A DNA stretch of 64,000 nucleotides from an uncultured Bacteroidota bacterium (GTDB lineage: Bacteria; Bacteroidota; Bacteroidia; Bacteroidales; 4484-276): contig CALFEP010000039.1 of assembly GCA_937950125.1 (NCBI GenBank), positions 3,079-67,078 of the forward strand, written 5' to 3'. The position numbers and the translations under genes were made by a program. Under the pieces are notes generated by a model that was given only the letters and a program-made list of their open reading frames with translations, had not been told where the DNA came from and ran no database searches. Positions 10,344 through 19,792 of the stretch are shown one piece after another (within the stretch, counting starts at the first letter, position 1; every line of letters begins with the position of its first letter).

Positions 10344-11714
10344 ATGTCACTTCAAAAACCTTCCATTCCTAAAGGAACACGGGATTTTACGCCCGAAGAA
10401 ATGGTGAGACGGAATTATATTTTCGACACCATCAAACGAGTATTTCAGCTTTACGGCTATCTGCCCATCGAAACGCCTGCCATGGAAAACCTTTCCACCC
10501 TGTTGGGAAAATATGGCGAAGAGGGCGACAAGCTGCTTTTCAGAATCCTCAATTCGGGTGATTTTTTAAGCCAGGTTAAAGATGAAGATTTAGCCGGGAA
10601 AGACCCGGTGCAAATTGCAGGAAAAATTTCGGAAAAGGGTCTCCGTTACGACCTTACGGTTCCTTTCGCCCGCTTCGTGGTGCAAAACCGGAACGAACTT
10701 AATTTTCCTTTCAAACGTTACCAGGTTCAGCCTGTCTGGCGCGCCGACCGCCCGCAAAAAGGGCGCTACCGCGAGTTTTACCAGTGCGACGTGGACGTGA
10801 TCGGGAGCGACTCACTCCTGAACGAGGTGGAGTTGATTCAGATGATCGACGATATTTTCGAAAGGCTAAAAGTTGGGGTGGAGATAAAACTCAACAACCG
10901 GAAAATACTGGCCGGAATTGCCGAAACCATCGGCGAATCCGGAAAAATGACCGACATTACCGTCGCCATCGATAAACTGGACAAAATCGGACTCGAAAAG
11001 GTGAACGAAGAATTGGCCGAAAAAGGTGTTGCCACCTCAGCTATTCAAAAACTGCAACCCATCCTCACCATGACCGGTTCAGATCATCAAAAAATGGAAT
11101 TATTGGGAAACCTGCTGGCAAATTCTGAAACCGGCAAAAAAGGCATCGAAGAAATGAATTTCATTCTTAGCCGGGTTCCACAACTTGGGCTAACCGCCGG
11201 AGTTCAGTTAGACCTGACCCTTGCCCGCGGATTGAACTATTATACAGGCGCCATCATCGAGGTGAAAGCCCGTGATGTGCAAATTGGCAGCATTTGCGGT
11301 GGCGGGCGCTACGACGACCTTACCGGAATTTTTGGAATGCCCGGCACCTCAGGCGTCGGAATCTCTTTTGGCGCCGACCGTATTTACGACGTACTGAACG
11401 AACTCAACCTGTTCCCCGAAACCGGCGAAACCACCACACAGGTGTTTTTCGTGAATTTTGGCGAAGAAACCGAACAATACAACCTGCAAATCCTGCAAAA
11501 GCTGCGCAAAGCCGGCATTAATGCCGAAATGTTCCCCGAAGCTGCCAAAATGAAAAAACAAATGGCTTACGCCGATAAAAAGAAAGTTCCCTATGTGGTT
11601 TTGTGCGGCAACGACGAAATGCTGCGCGACATCCTCTCGGTAAAAAATATGAAAACCGGCGCCCAGGACGAAATGCGGCTAACCGATTTCATAATGCGGG
11701 TTACAGCAGATTAG
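10344..11714 (+). CDS. hisS: Histidine--tRNA ligase
   Basis: Class II aaRS motifs are present ([30 protein letters not shown]), with a C-terminal anticodon-binding domain. Confidence 0.95.
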   Translation: MSLQKPSIPKGTRDFTPEEMVRRNYIFDTIKRVFQLYGYLPIETPAMENLSTLLGKYGEEGDKLLFRILNSGDFLSQVKDEDLAGKDPVQIAGKISEKGLRYDLTVPFARFVVQNRNELNFPFKRYQVQPVWRADRPQKGRYREFYQCDVDVIGSDSLLNEVELIQMIDDIFERLKVGVEIKLNNRKILAGIAETIGESGKMTDITVAIDKLDKIGLEKVNEELAEKGVATSAIQKLQPILTMTGSDHQKMELLGNLLANSETGKKGIEEMNFILSRVPQLGLTAGVQLDLTLARGLNYYTGAIIEVKARDVQIGSICGGGRYDDLTGIFGMPGTSGVGISFGADRIYDVLNELNLFPETGETTTQVFFVNFGEETEQYNLQILQKLRKAGINAEMFPEAAKMKKQMAYADKKKVPYVVLCGNDEMLRDILSVKNMKTGAQDEMRLTDFIMRVTAD

Positions 11715-11724
11715 CCACTGCATT

Positions 11725-11803
11725 AGCGATACCTTCGCTGAAAACGATAATATCGTTCCGGGAAAAGCAAGGCGATAGTATCGCTCCAGGCGATGCTATC
11801 GCT
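11725..11803. repeat. Cluster of four CGAT-core mini-palindromes; includes copy B of the 31-nt repeat (11773-11803)
   Basis: The four palindromes are AGCGAtacctTCGCT (11725-11739), AACGATAaTATCGTT (11743-11757), GCGATAgTATCGC (11772-11784) and GCGATgctATCGC (11790-11802). Confidence 0.75.
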
Positions 11804-11876
11804 GAAGGCCGACTTTTTGGGATGGATGACGGCATTTTCTGATCAAAGAAACAGATATTTCAAAGTAATTTTTCAG

Positions 11877-12437
11877 ATGGAAATACTCACCATTTCGCTC
11901 ATTGCGCTGGGATTAACCGGTGATACGCTTGCAGTATCGGTTTCAACGGGCCTTTCGCTCGCAAAAATCAGATTTGTGCAGGCAATGAAAATCGCCATTG
12001 TTTTGGCCGTTTTTCAGTCGTTGATGCCGGTTGTTGGCTGGTTTTTGGGTTTGCAAATCAAAGATCTGATAAAAGAATTTGATCATTGGATTGCATTTTT
12101 ACTGTTGGCCGCCATCGGTGGAAAAATGATTTGGGAAAGCTTTGAAAACTCTCATGGCGAATCGTCCTTTAATCCATTGAAATTAAATGTTTTAATTGGC
12201 ATTGCCGTTGCAACCAGCATCGATGCTTTGGTGGTGGGTGTTAGTTTTGCCTTCATCAATACCAACATCCTGCTATCTGTTGCTATTATTGGATTTTTCA
12301 CTTTTATGGTTTCCATGACAGGTGTGTTTATTGGAAAGAAAACGGGCGCCCTTTTCGGGAAAAAAGTTGAAATCATTGGCGGATTGATCCTCATTGGAAT
12401 AGGTATTAAAATACTGATAGAACACCTGTTGGCCTAA
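11877..12437 (+). CDS. mntP: Manganese efflux pump MntP (DUF204 family)
   Basis: Two-repeat small membrane protein with the LTGDTLAVS and TSIDALVVGVSF motifs. The ATG at 11877 is preferred because the upstream extension runs through the repeat region. Confidence 0.8.
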   Translation: MEILTISLIALGLTGDTLAVSVSTGLSLAKIRFVQAMKIAIVLAVFQSLMPVVGWFLGLQIKDLIKEFDHWIAFLLLAAIGGKMIWESFENSHGESSFNPLKLNVLIGIAVATSIDALVVGVSFAFINTNILLSVAIIGFFTFMVSMTGVFIGKKTGALFGKKVEIIGGLILIGIGIKILIEHLLA

Positions 12438-12541
12438 TGCAATGATTTTTTGTAGAAAAATCTGGTTAAGAACATCCGGATTGCCGTACATTTTTTTTGA
12501 AGGTATTGTAAGAAGTGACTTTTTGCTGAAGAAAAGCTCCT

Positions 12542-14686
12542 TTACCCTCCTTTCATGAAAAAGAGAGCAGTCGCCACCAGATTTAATGCCCCTAATAAAA
12601 ACCCCGTATTTGTGAGGCCACATGACGGAATAATTAACACCGAAACCAGCAAAGCCCCACCAGCCGAGCCCAATAAATCGGCGCTGTAGATTTTTGAGGC
12701 AACCGTTGATACATCATTTTTCTGCAAAACGGCCGCCATGGCAAAATGAACCGCCGTCAGCACACCCGAAAAAAACATCACCAGAAAAAGTAATAAAAGG
12801 ATGAAGGCTTCGGCTGCTTCCCATTTTACATGGAAAAGAACAATCGCAGGCAAAAACACTGCAATAAACCCGATCAATGCCTGGTTGATTGTGAATTTGC
12901 GGGGAGTGACTGACATCTTCAGCCAGCCCGGTAAAAATGCCCCAACGGCCAACCCTGCCATAAACGCCGCAATAAGCAGTGCCAGCGACTGGTAAAAATT
13001 ACCGAACAAAACCTGGAAAGCAAATAAAACCAGCACTTCGAGTGAGGTAGCTGTAAATCCCGCCACATACATACCCAGGGCGTACCTTTTAAGCAAAAAT
13101 GGGAATACGAGGATGAGTAAAACCACCGGCCAGACAACATTTCGCAGGTTCTGCCCGTACCACGACAGCCAGTAATTGATTGCAGCAAAATAAGCAACCG
13201 GATTAAAATCGTGATTGAGTTGGCTGGTATTTTCGATCTGGTTCAGAAGTTCAGTTCCCCGACTGGCAAGTTGCTGGTCGTCAAAATAATAATGGTTTAC
13301 ATACTCGTTTCCGATTCCTTTTTTCTTCAAAACAGTGGTAATCTGATGTGTCAGTTCTCCGTCAGAAGCAAGGATGCAATTGGTTTGCCCGGGAATGATC
13401 AGAACATTTTTAAAAACACTTTTCAACGAACTGACTACAACCGAGTACAAGAGACCAGTTGAGCCTCCTAAATAATTGCTACCTCCGGCAAGTGAAAAAG
13501 AAATTACTCCGCCACGCACCAGAATTTGCTTTACTTCCCGGTAAAATTCAACAGTAAAAAACCTGTTCAAACCTGCATTTCCCGGCGCCGGAACATTGAG
13601 CAAAACAGCATTGTACCGGTTTTTGGTTTTCTTTATAAAATGCCTTGCGTCGGAATAATGTGCAATCATTTTTTCAGGGAAAGAAAACCCGGTAATTGCA
13701 CTGACTGCAACAATCATTTCATGGTTTATTTCAACATAATCAACACGTTCGACGGGATATTTGTCGATTTGTGCCCACAACCCGGCAATATCACCCGAAA
13801 CAACCAGCACGTTTTCAGGTTTTTCGGTCTGTGCAAGGGCAAAATGAACGGTTTCTTCGTTGGTTGCCAGGTTATCAGTTGAAAACATGCTCACACCATT
13901 TTCAAAAAAATTGTACTGCTCACCACTTTTGGTAACAACAATATTTCCGTATGGGGTTTCTTTGTTTAATACAATTCTTTGGTTTCCAAAAACCAATGAT
14001 TTCGACTGGCTGTCGAAATCAAAAAACATGTTTACAATTACCCACATCAGCATGGTAATTATCAAGAGGTGCATTCCGGTGCGGCTGTAACCGGCTGAAG
14101 CCTGCATGAGCGTTGCCACGGTAAGGTTGGCAGCAGCTACCACAATCAGGGTTTGAAAAACACCGAAAAACTGCAGGCAAATGAAGGTAAAGACAAGGCT
14201 TCCGGCAATGCTTCCTGCGGCTTCCAGCCCATAAACACTGTGCGTTTTGGGTTTGTAAAAAAGTTTTGAAAAAGCGCTTGCAAAAAGTGTGAACAACATT
14301 CCCGAGAAAATGCAGAACAAAGCCATGATCAGAAATGAAAACAAAAAAGTGATGCCGGGACCAGGCAGTGTTCCTGGCGGAAGCATCAGGTTTTTCATCA
14401 GATAAATAGAAAACACGCTGAATGCAGGAAGCAGTGCAACCGCAACCTGAAGCCGGATTATTTTTCGGTTAAGATCACCTTTTTGCGAAAACCATTTTCC
14501 GGCGTAAGACCCAACGGCAGTGAGTAACATCCAGCAACTCAAAACAATTCCGGCTACCAGTTCATTTCCCGAAAAGATGTTCAGAAATTCGCGGAGAAAA
14601 ATCACCTGCACAATAAGCGCTGTAAATCCGGTAGTTATAACCGAAATCTGTAAAACATTTTCATTTTTTATCAGAAACCTGTACAT
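12542..14686 (-). CDS. Polytopic membrane protein with a central spermidine-synthase-like (SpeE-fold) domain flanked by two TM bundles
   Basis: The central region aligns by eye to SpeE: NVLVVSGDIAGLWAQIDKYPVERVDYVEINHEMI...YNAVLLNVPAPGNAGLNRFFTVEFY. Multiple TM helices sit on both sides. Confidence 0.7.
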   Translation of the reverse strand: MYRFLIKNENVLQISVITTGFTALIVQVIFLREFLNIFSGNELVAGIVLSCWMLLTAVGSYAGKWFSQKGDLNRKIIRLQVAVALLPAFSVFSIYLMKNLMLPPGTLPGPGITFLFSFLIMALFCIFSGMLFTLFASAFSKLFYKPKTHSVYGLEAAGSIAGSLVFTFICLQFFGVFQTLIVVAAANLTVATLMQASAGYSRTGMHLLIITMLMWVIVNMFFDFDSQSKSLVFGNQRIVLNKETPYGNIVVTKSGEQYNFFENGVSMFSTDNLATNEETVHFALAQTEKPENVLVVSGDIAGLWAQIDKYPVERVDYVEINHEMIVAVSAITGFSFPEKMIAHYSDARHFIKKTKNRYNAVLLNVPAPGNAGLNRFFTVEFYREVKQILVRGGVISFSLAGGSNYLGGSTGLLYSVVVSSLKSVFKNVLIIPGQTNCILASDGELTHQITTVLKKKGIGNEYVNHYYFDDQQLASRGTELLNQIENTSQLNHDFNPVAYFAAINYWLSWYGQNLRNVVWPVVLLILVFPFLLKRYALGMYVAGFTATSLEVLVLFAFQVLFGNFYQSLALLIAAFMAGLAVGAFLPGWLKMSVTPRKFTINQALIGFIAVFLPAIVLFHVKWEAAEAFILLLLFLVMFFSGVLTAVHFAMAAVLQKNDVSTVASKIYSADLLGSAGGALLVSVLIIPSCGLTNTGFLLGALNLVATALFFMKGG

Positions 14687-14735
14687 TTGTTGAAAATGAT
14701 CGAAAACAGTTGAAAATTACTGAAATTCGAAAATA

Positions 14736-16262
14736 ATGATAAAAATGAAACAAACGGGTATTTATCTTCTAATCATTACGGTTATGCTGTTTAAAATCAC
14801 ATCGTGCCAGGGTCAATCGAAACAAAACTCCGAGCTAATCAACCGGAAGCCTTGTGTGGCGGGGCAGTTTTATCCGGGCAGTGCGGCAGAGTTGAACGAC
14901 GAACTGAAAATGCTTTTTGGCAATGCCAAACCACGGGTGGGAGAAAATGTGGCGGCCATCGTTTCACCACATGCGGGATATGTTTATTCGGGGGGAGTAG
15001 CTGCCAGCGCTTTCAACCAGCTAAATCCTGATGGAAAATGGGACAGAATTTTCCTCATCGGATCGAGCCACAGGGTTTATTTCGACGGGGCTTCGGTTTA
15101 CAACTGCGGCAATTTTGAAACACCGCTCGGAACCGTAAAAGTGGACACCGAAACGGCCAACAAACTCATTAAAGATTGTAAATCGATCGTTTTCAGAGAT
15201 GACGCCCATGCCACCGAACACAGCCTCGAAGTTCAGTTGCCGTTTTTACAGTATCATCTCAAAAATGAATTTCAGATCGTTCCCATCATCATTGCAACTC
15301 AATCGGTTGAAACAATAAAAAAAATTGCCGCTGCCCTGAAACCTTATTTTAATCCGAACAACCTGTTCGTGATCAGCAGCGACTTTTCGCACTACCCATC
15401 CTACCAGGCAGCCATTGAAGTGGACTCGGCCACAGCATCGGCCATTCTGACCAATTCACCCGAAAAATTCCTCGAAACCATCGATTTTAACGAAAGCAAA
15501 AACATACCCAACCTTGCCACCAGCATCTGCGGATGGACTTCGGTGCTGACCCTCCTCGAAATTACCGGCAACACACCCGGAATTGAAATTAGGACCATCG
15601 AATATAAAAACTCAGGCGATGCAGGTTTTGGCGATAAACGAAGGGTTGTAGGCTATTGGGCAATTGCCCTGACAAGGACAGGGAAAGAAAAAAACATTGA
15701 TTTCAGCCTTGATGAAGCCGACAAAGTGACTTTGCTGAAGATTGCCAGGGAAACCATCGAAAATTATGTAGAAAAAGGCCAAACACCTGAAGTTGACCCT
15801 TCCGGTTTTTCTCAGGCACTCAAAACTCCGGCAGGTGCATTCGTTTCGCTGCATAAAGATGGTCAGTTGAGAGGCTGCATTGGCAGTTTTGTGCCTGATG
15901 AACCACTTTATCAGGTAGTTCAAAATATGGCCATTTCAGCATCAACAAAAGATTACCGCTTTCCCCGGGTAAATGCTGCTGAACTTAGCGAAATCGAAAT
16001 CGAAATTTCGGTACTGACGCCTTTGAAAAGAATCAGCAATTCCGATGAAATCGAGTTGGGGAAACACGGCATTTACATGAAAAAAGGATACAATACCGGA
16101 ACCTTTCTGCCACAGGTTGCAACACAAACCGGATGGTCGCTGGATGAATTTCTGGGTCATTGCGCGCGCGATAAAGCCGGAATTGGCTGGTACGGATGGA
16201 AAGATGCTGAACTTTACACCTACGAAGCGCTGATTTTTGATGAAAAGGAATTTAAAAAGTGA
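14736..16262 (+). CDS. MEMO1-family (AmmeMemoRadiSam protein B-like) domain fused to an AMMECR1 (protein A-like) domain, with an N-terminal signal/lipoprotein peptide
   Basis: The Memo part has SPHAGYVYSG, SSDFSHY and ICGW motifs. The AMMECR1 part has GAFVSLHKDGQLRGCIGSF. The N-terminus MKQTGIYLLIITVMLFKITSC looks like a signal peptide with a Cys. Confidence 0.8.
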   Translation: MIKMKQTGIYLLIITVMLFKITSCQGQSKQNSELINRKPCVAGQFYPGSAAELNDELKMLFGNAKPRVGENVAAIVSPHAGYVYSGGVAASAFNQLNPDGKWDRIFLIGSSHRVYFDGASVYNCGNFETPLGTVKVDTETANKLIKDCKSIVFRDDAHATEHSLEVQLPFLQYHLKNEFQIVPIIIATQSVETIKKIAAALKPYFNPNNLFVISSDFSHYPSYQAAIEVDSATASAILTNSPEKFLETIDFNESKNIPNLATSICGWTSVLTLLEITGNTPGIEIRTIEYKNSGDAGFGDKRRVVGYWAIALTRTGKEKNIDFSLDEADKVTLLKIARETIENYVEKGQTPEVDPSGFSQALKTPAGAFVSLHKDGQLRGCIGSFVPDEPLYQVVQNMAISASTKDYRFPRVNAAELSEIEIEISVLTPLKRISNSDEIELGKHGIYMKKGYNTGTFLPQVATQTGWSLDEFLGHCARDKAGIGWYGWKDAELYTYEALIFDEKEFKK

Positions 16263-16334
16263 AGAATTCTTAAAAAAAATTCATTAACAACTTCTTAACA
16301 AACAATGGTTTAACATTGCCCCGCTATTTTTCGG

Positions 16335-16353
16335 GCTGAAAAATCAGCTTTTT
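16335..16353 (+). terminator. Candidate intrinsic terminator
   Basis: GCTGA-aaaa-TCAGC hairpin followed by TTTTT, downstream of the 14736-16262 CDS. Confidence 0.45.
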
Positions 16354-16375
16354 ATCAAACTATAAATTTATTACG

Positions 16376-16777
16376 ATGGAAACTTCAGTTAACTGGCTTG
16401 CAGTTTTGGTGGCAGCGCTATCGAGTTTTGTTCTTGGGGGTCTTTGGTATTCGCCTTTTCTTTTTGCCAAAGCATGGATGAAAGAAAACGGATTTACAGA
16501 GGAATATCTTAAAAAGGCAAACATGGCGCTGGTTTTTGGGCTCACCTTTGTTTTATCGTTTATCATTGCGGTTAACCTTGCCTTCTTTCTGGGAAATGAA
16601 TCTACCCTGACGCAGGGAATGCTCTATGGTGGATTAGCAGGATTTGGCTGGGTGTCGATGGCTTTGGGAACCATTTACCTGTTTGAGCGTAAAACGATGA
16701 AACTATGGTTAATCCATGCCGGGTATGTAACCTTGCAGTTTGTAATTATGGGTGCAATTTTGGGAGCATGGCATTAA
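16376..16777 (+). CDS. DUF1761-family membrane protein
   Basis: The N-terminus NWLAVLVAALSSFVLGGLWYSPFLFAKAW and four TM segments are typical of DUF1761. Confidence 0.6.
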   Translation: METSVNWLAVLVAALSSFVLGGLWYSPFLFAKAWMKENGFTEEYLKKANMALVFGLTFVLSFIIAVNLAFFLGNESTLTQGMLYGGLAGFGWVSMALGTIYLFERKTMKLWLIHAGYVTLQFVIMGAILGAWH

Positions 16778-16801
16778 CCAGCCAATAACTTTATCACTAA
16801 A

Positions 16802-16828
16802 GGCCGGAACCATTGCCGGCTTTTTTTA
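16802..16828. terminator. Hairpin plus T-run between convergent genes
   Basis: GGCCGG-aaccatt-GCCGGC followed by TTTTTTT. Confidence 0.5.
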
Positions 16829-17200
16829 TTTGTTAGCTGAATTTTCGGACTGCTTTTGCGATAAAAGCGTTATTACCCTTTCGTAAATATCCTGATATTC
16901 GTCAAGATGTTGCTGGTAGTACTCAATGCTTTTTTCATACTGTTCACGGGTAATTGCATGTTTTTCAAAAATTTCTGCATAAAGACCTTCTGCGGTTTTT
17001 TCCTTTTGTTTCAAATCGGTTTTCATTTCACGAAGCATGGCCTCAGCCAGGTGTATTTCGGTGATAATGTTCACGATAGAATCAGGGGCAATGACCTTGG
17101 CAGAGCCTGCGACAACATCCTTTTGTTCATCAAAGGTGCACGAGACTAAAAATGTGGCTGCTAAAGCCAGGATAAAAAAAATGCTATTTGGATTTTTCAT
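16826..17200 (-). CDS. DUF4296-family lipoprotein
   Basis: MKNPNSIFFILALAATFLVSC is a lipoprotein signal. IITEIHLAEA is typical of DUF4296. The ORF could extend to 17227. Confidence 0.6.
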   Translation of the reverse strand: MKNPNSIFFILALAATFLVSCTFDEQKDVVAGSAKVIAPDSIVNIITEIHLAEAMLREMKTDLKQKEKTAEGLYAEIFEKHAITREQYEKSIEYYQQHLDEYQDIYERVITLLSQKQSENSANK

Positions 17201-17269
17201 ACGATTCAGCAAAAAAAACAGGCGCAAAATAAATTGTTAATGCGCCTGCCCGAAACAAAAGTTTTCATT

Positions 17270-19498
17270 TTAATTTCCTACTTCCGACATAAATTTGATC
17301 CTCATCAACCTGATTTCCTCTTCATTAAACTCTTCTTCGCCCAATTCCTGGAGGGCATCTTCAATGGAATCGGATTCGGCTTCCCTGAAGTATTCGATGA
17401 TTTCTTCCTGATGATAAGTATCTACGTATTCGTTGATGTAGTAATTGATGTCGATTTTAGTGCCTGAAGCCACAATGCTTTCTATCTCAGTAAGCAATTC
17501 GTCTAACGTGAGGTTTTTGGTGAAAGCAATGTCTTCCAGCGAAAGTTTGCGGTCGATGCTTTTAATCACATAAACTTTCAGTCCCGACTTATTTACAACC
17601 GATTTCACCACCATGTCGTTGGGACGGATGATTTCGTTTTCCTCAACATAGTTTTTAATCAGGTCGAGAAATGGTTTGCCGTATTTCTGGGCTTTTCCAA
17701 CCCCAACGCCGGTTATCTGGGTCAATTCGTCCATCGAGATTGGGTACTGGATGGCCATATCTTCTAACGACGGGTCCTGGAAAATAACAAATGGCGGCAG
17801 GTTTTCTTTTCGTGAAATGGTTTTCCGCAAATCCTTCAGCATGGCAAACAGGGTTTGGTCGGCTGAACTGGTTTTGTGCGATGCTGCTATTGCTTCTTCA
17901 TCATCCTCCGGATTATCGTAGTCGTGGTCTTTGGTTAGCATGATTGAGTAAGGATGATCAAGAAATTCGTGTCCTTTCTTGCTTACTTTCAGCAACCCAT
18001 AATTGTCGATATCCTTGACGATGAGGTTAGCGATCTGCGCTTGCCGTATCACTGCATTCCAGAATTTTTCGTCATAATCCTCTCCTTTTCCGAACGATTC
18101 GATTCGGTGATGTTTATAGGATTTCAGAGCGGCTGTGTTTTTTCCAATCAAAACATTTACAATGTGTTTTGCTTTGAAAAGCTGTTTTACCTCAAGAATA
18201 CAATCCAATACTATTCTAACGTATCTTTTCCCTTCAAACTTTTCCTTAGGGTGCAGGCAATTATCGCAGGCTCCGCAATTTTCGTTCTTGTATTCCTCAC
18301 CAAAATAATGCAATAGCTGGCGATGGCGGCAAACGGAGGATTCGGCGTACGAAACTGTTTCATGCAGAAGTTGTTGTGCAATTTCCTGTTCAGCAACGGG
18401 TTTGCCTTTCATGAATTTTTCGAGTTTCTGAATATCGTCGTAGCTGTAAAAAGTAATGCAATTTCCTTCGCCATCATCGCGGCCTGCACGCCCGGTTTCC
18501 TGGTAATATCCCTCAAGGCTTTTGGGCATGTCGTGGTGGATAACAAAGCGAACATCGGGTTTGTCGATACCCATTCCAAAAGCAATTGTGGCAACAATAA
18601 CATCCACAGCTTCCATCAAAAATTTATCCTGGTTTTCCCTGCGGGTTTGCGAGTCAAGGCCTGCATGGTAGGGTAGTGCTTTAATGCCGTTCACCTGAAG
18701 TGTCTCGGCAAGTTCTTCTACTTTTTTGCGGCTAAGGCAATAAACAATCCCCGATTTTCCTGAATTTATTTTAATGTATTTGATGATGTCTTTTATCACA
18801 TCTTTGGTCTTGGGCCTTACTTCGTAATAAAGGTTTGGCCTGTCGAACGATGACATGAAAATGGTGGCATCAAGGATATTGAGGTTTTTCTGAATATCGT
18901 GCTGAACTTTTGGGGTTGCGGTAGCAGTAAGCGCAATAACTGGTACGTCCTGGCCGATTGACTCAATGATTGGGCGCAACCTGCGGTACTCTGGCCTGAA
19001 ATCGTGTCCCCATTCCGAAATACAGTGTGCTTCGTCAATAGCGTAAAACGAAATATTTATTCCTTTCAAAAACTCAACATTTTCGTCTTTAGTGAGCGAT
19101 TCAGGAGCTACATAGAGCAATTTGGTGATACCATTGGTCAGGTCTTCTTTTACCTGCATAATTTCCGGCTTTGAAAGCGAGGAGTTAAGAAAATGGGCGA
19201 TTCCTTCCTGAGCGCCAAAGTTGCGCAATGTATCAACCTGATTTTTCATCAGGGCTATGAGCGGAGAAATAATGATGGCAGTCCCGTCCTGTAACAATGC
19301 AGGAAGTTGATAACACATCGATTTCCCACCTCCAGTGGGCATAATTACGAAAGTATTGTTTCCATTTAAAAGGTTACGGATTATCACTTCCTGGTTTCCC
19401 TTAAAGCTATCGAAACCAAAAAACCTCTTCAACACTTTGTGAAGAGGATAATCCACTGTTTTGGTTTCAGCTATTTCCTGATTAAACATAGTATCCAA
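17270..19498 (-). CDS. recQ: ATP-dependent DNA helicase RecQ
   Basis: Helicase motifs are present (PTGGGKS, DEAHCISEWGHDFRPEY), together with an RQC zinc-binding Cys cluster and a C-terminal HRDC region. Confidence 0.95.
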   Translation of the reverse strand: MDTMFNQEIAETKTVDYPLHKVLKRFFGFDSFKGNQEVIIRNLLNGNNTFVIMPTGGGKSMCYQLPALLQDGTAIIISPLIALMKNQVDTLRNFGAQEGIAHFLNSSLSKPEIMQVKEDLTNGITKLLYVAPESLTKDENVEFLKGINISFYAIDEAHCISEWGHDFRPEYRRLRPIIESIGQDVPVIALTATATPKVQHDIQKNLNILDATIFMSSFDRPNLYYEVRPKTKDVIKDIIKYIKINSGKSGIVYCLSRKKVEELAETLQVNGIKALPYHAGLDSQTRRENQDKFLMEAVDVIVATIAFGMGIDKPDVRFVIHHDMPKSLEGYYQETGRAGRDDGEGNCITFYSYDDIQKLEKFMKGKPVAEQEIAQQLLHETVSYAESSVCRHRQLLHYFGEEYKNENCGACDNCLHPKEKFEGKRYVRIVLDCILEVKQLFKAKHIVNVLIGKNTAALKSYKHHRIESFGKGEDYDEKFWNAVIRQAQIANLIVKDIDNYGLLKVSKKGHEFLDHPYSIMLTKDHDYDNPEDDEEAIAASHKTSSADQTLFAMLKDLRKTISRKENLPPFVIFQDPSLEDMAIQYPISMDELTQITGVGVGKAQKYGKPFLDLIKNYVEENEIIRPNDMVVKSVVNKSGLKVYVIKSIDRKLSLEDIAFTKNLTLDELLTEIESIVASGTKIDINYYINEYVDTYHQEEIIEYFREAESDSIEDALQELGEEEFNEEEIRLMRIKFMSEVGN

Positions 19499-19792
19499 TT
19501 AGTTTCATCTTTCATTCTCTGCACCTGCCAAGTTTTTTGTGCAGACCGCAAACGAATTAATAAATAAGTTATTATAAAAATGTTATTGTTAAAAACTTAC
19601 CGGGACAATCCGGCTAAAACAAATTTAATGCTTTTTTAACCTGTAAAAGATTAAATATTCCTCTTACAATTTTTAACACCAAATTTAAAACCACTTTAGC
19701 GGGCATTGAAACGATTTATAAAAATAATTCATTTTGATGAGTTTGCTCTACTTTTGCTAAATATTTTATTAAAATTACTTAAATAACAGGTT

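Noticed and set aside
11715-11876. A manganese (yybP-ykoY) riboswitch upstream of mntP.
   Set aside because: I could not find the conserved four-way-junction sequence elements. The structured segment is instead a set of CGAT palindromes that recurs at an unrelated locus (8321-8351). A cmsearch against Rfam would settle it.
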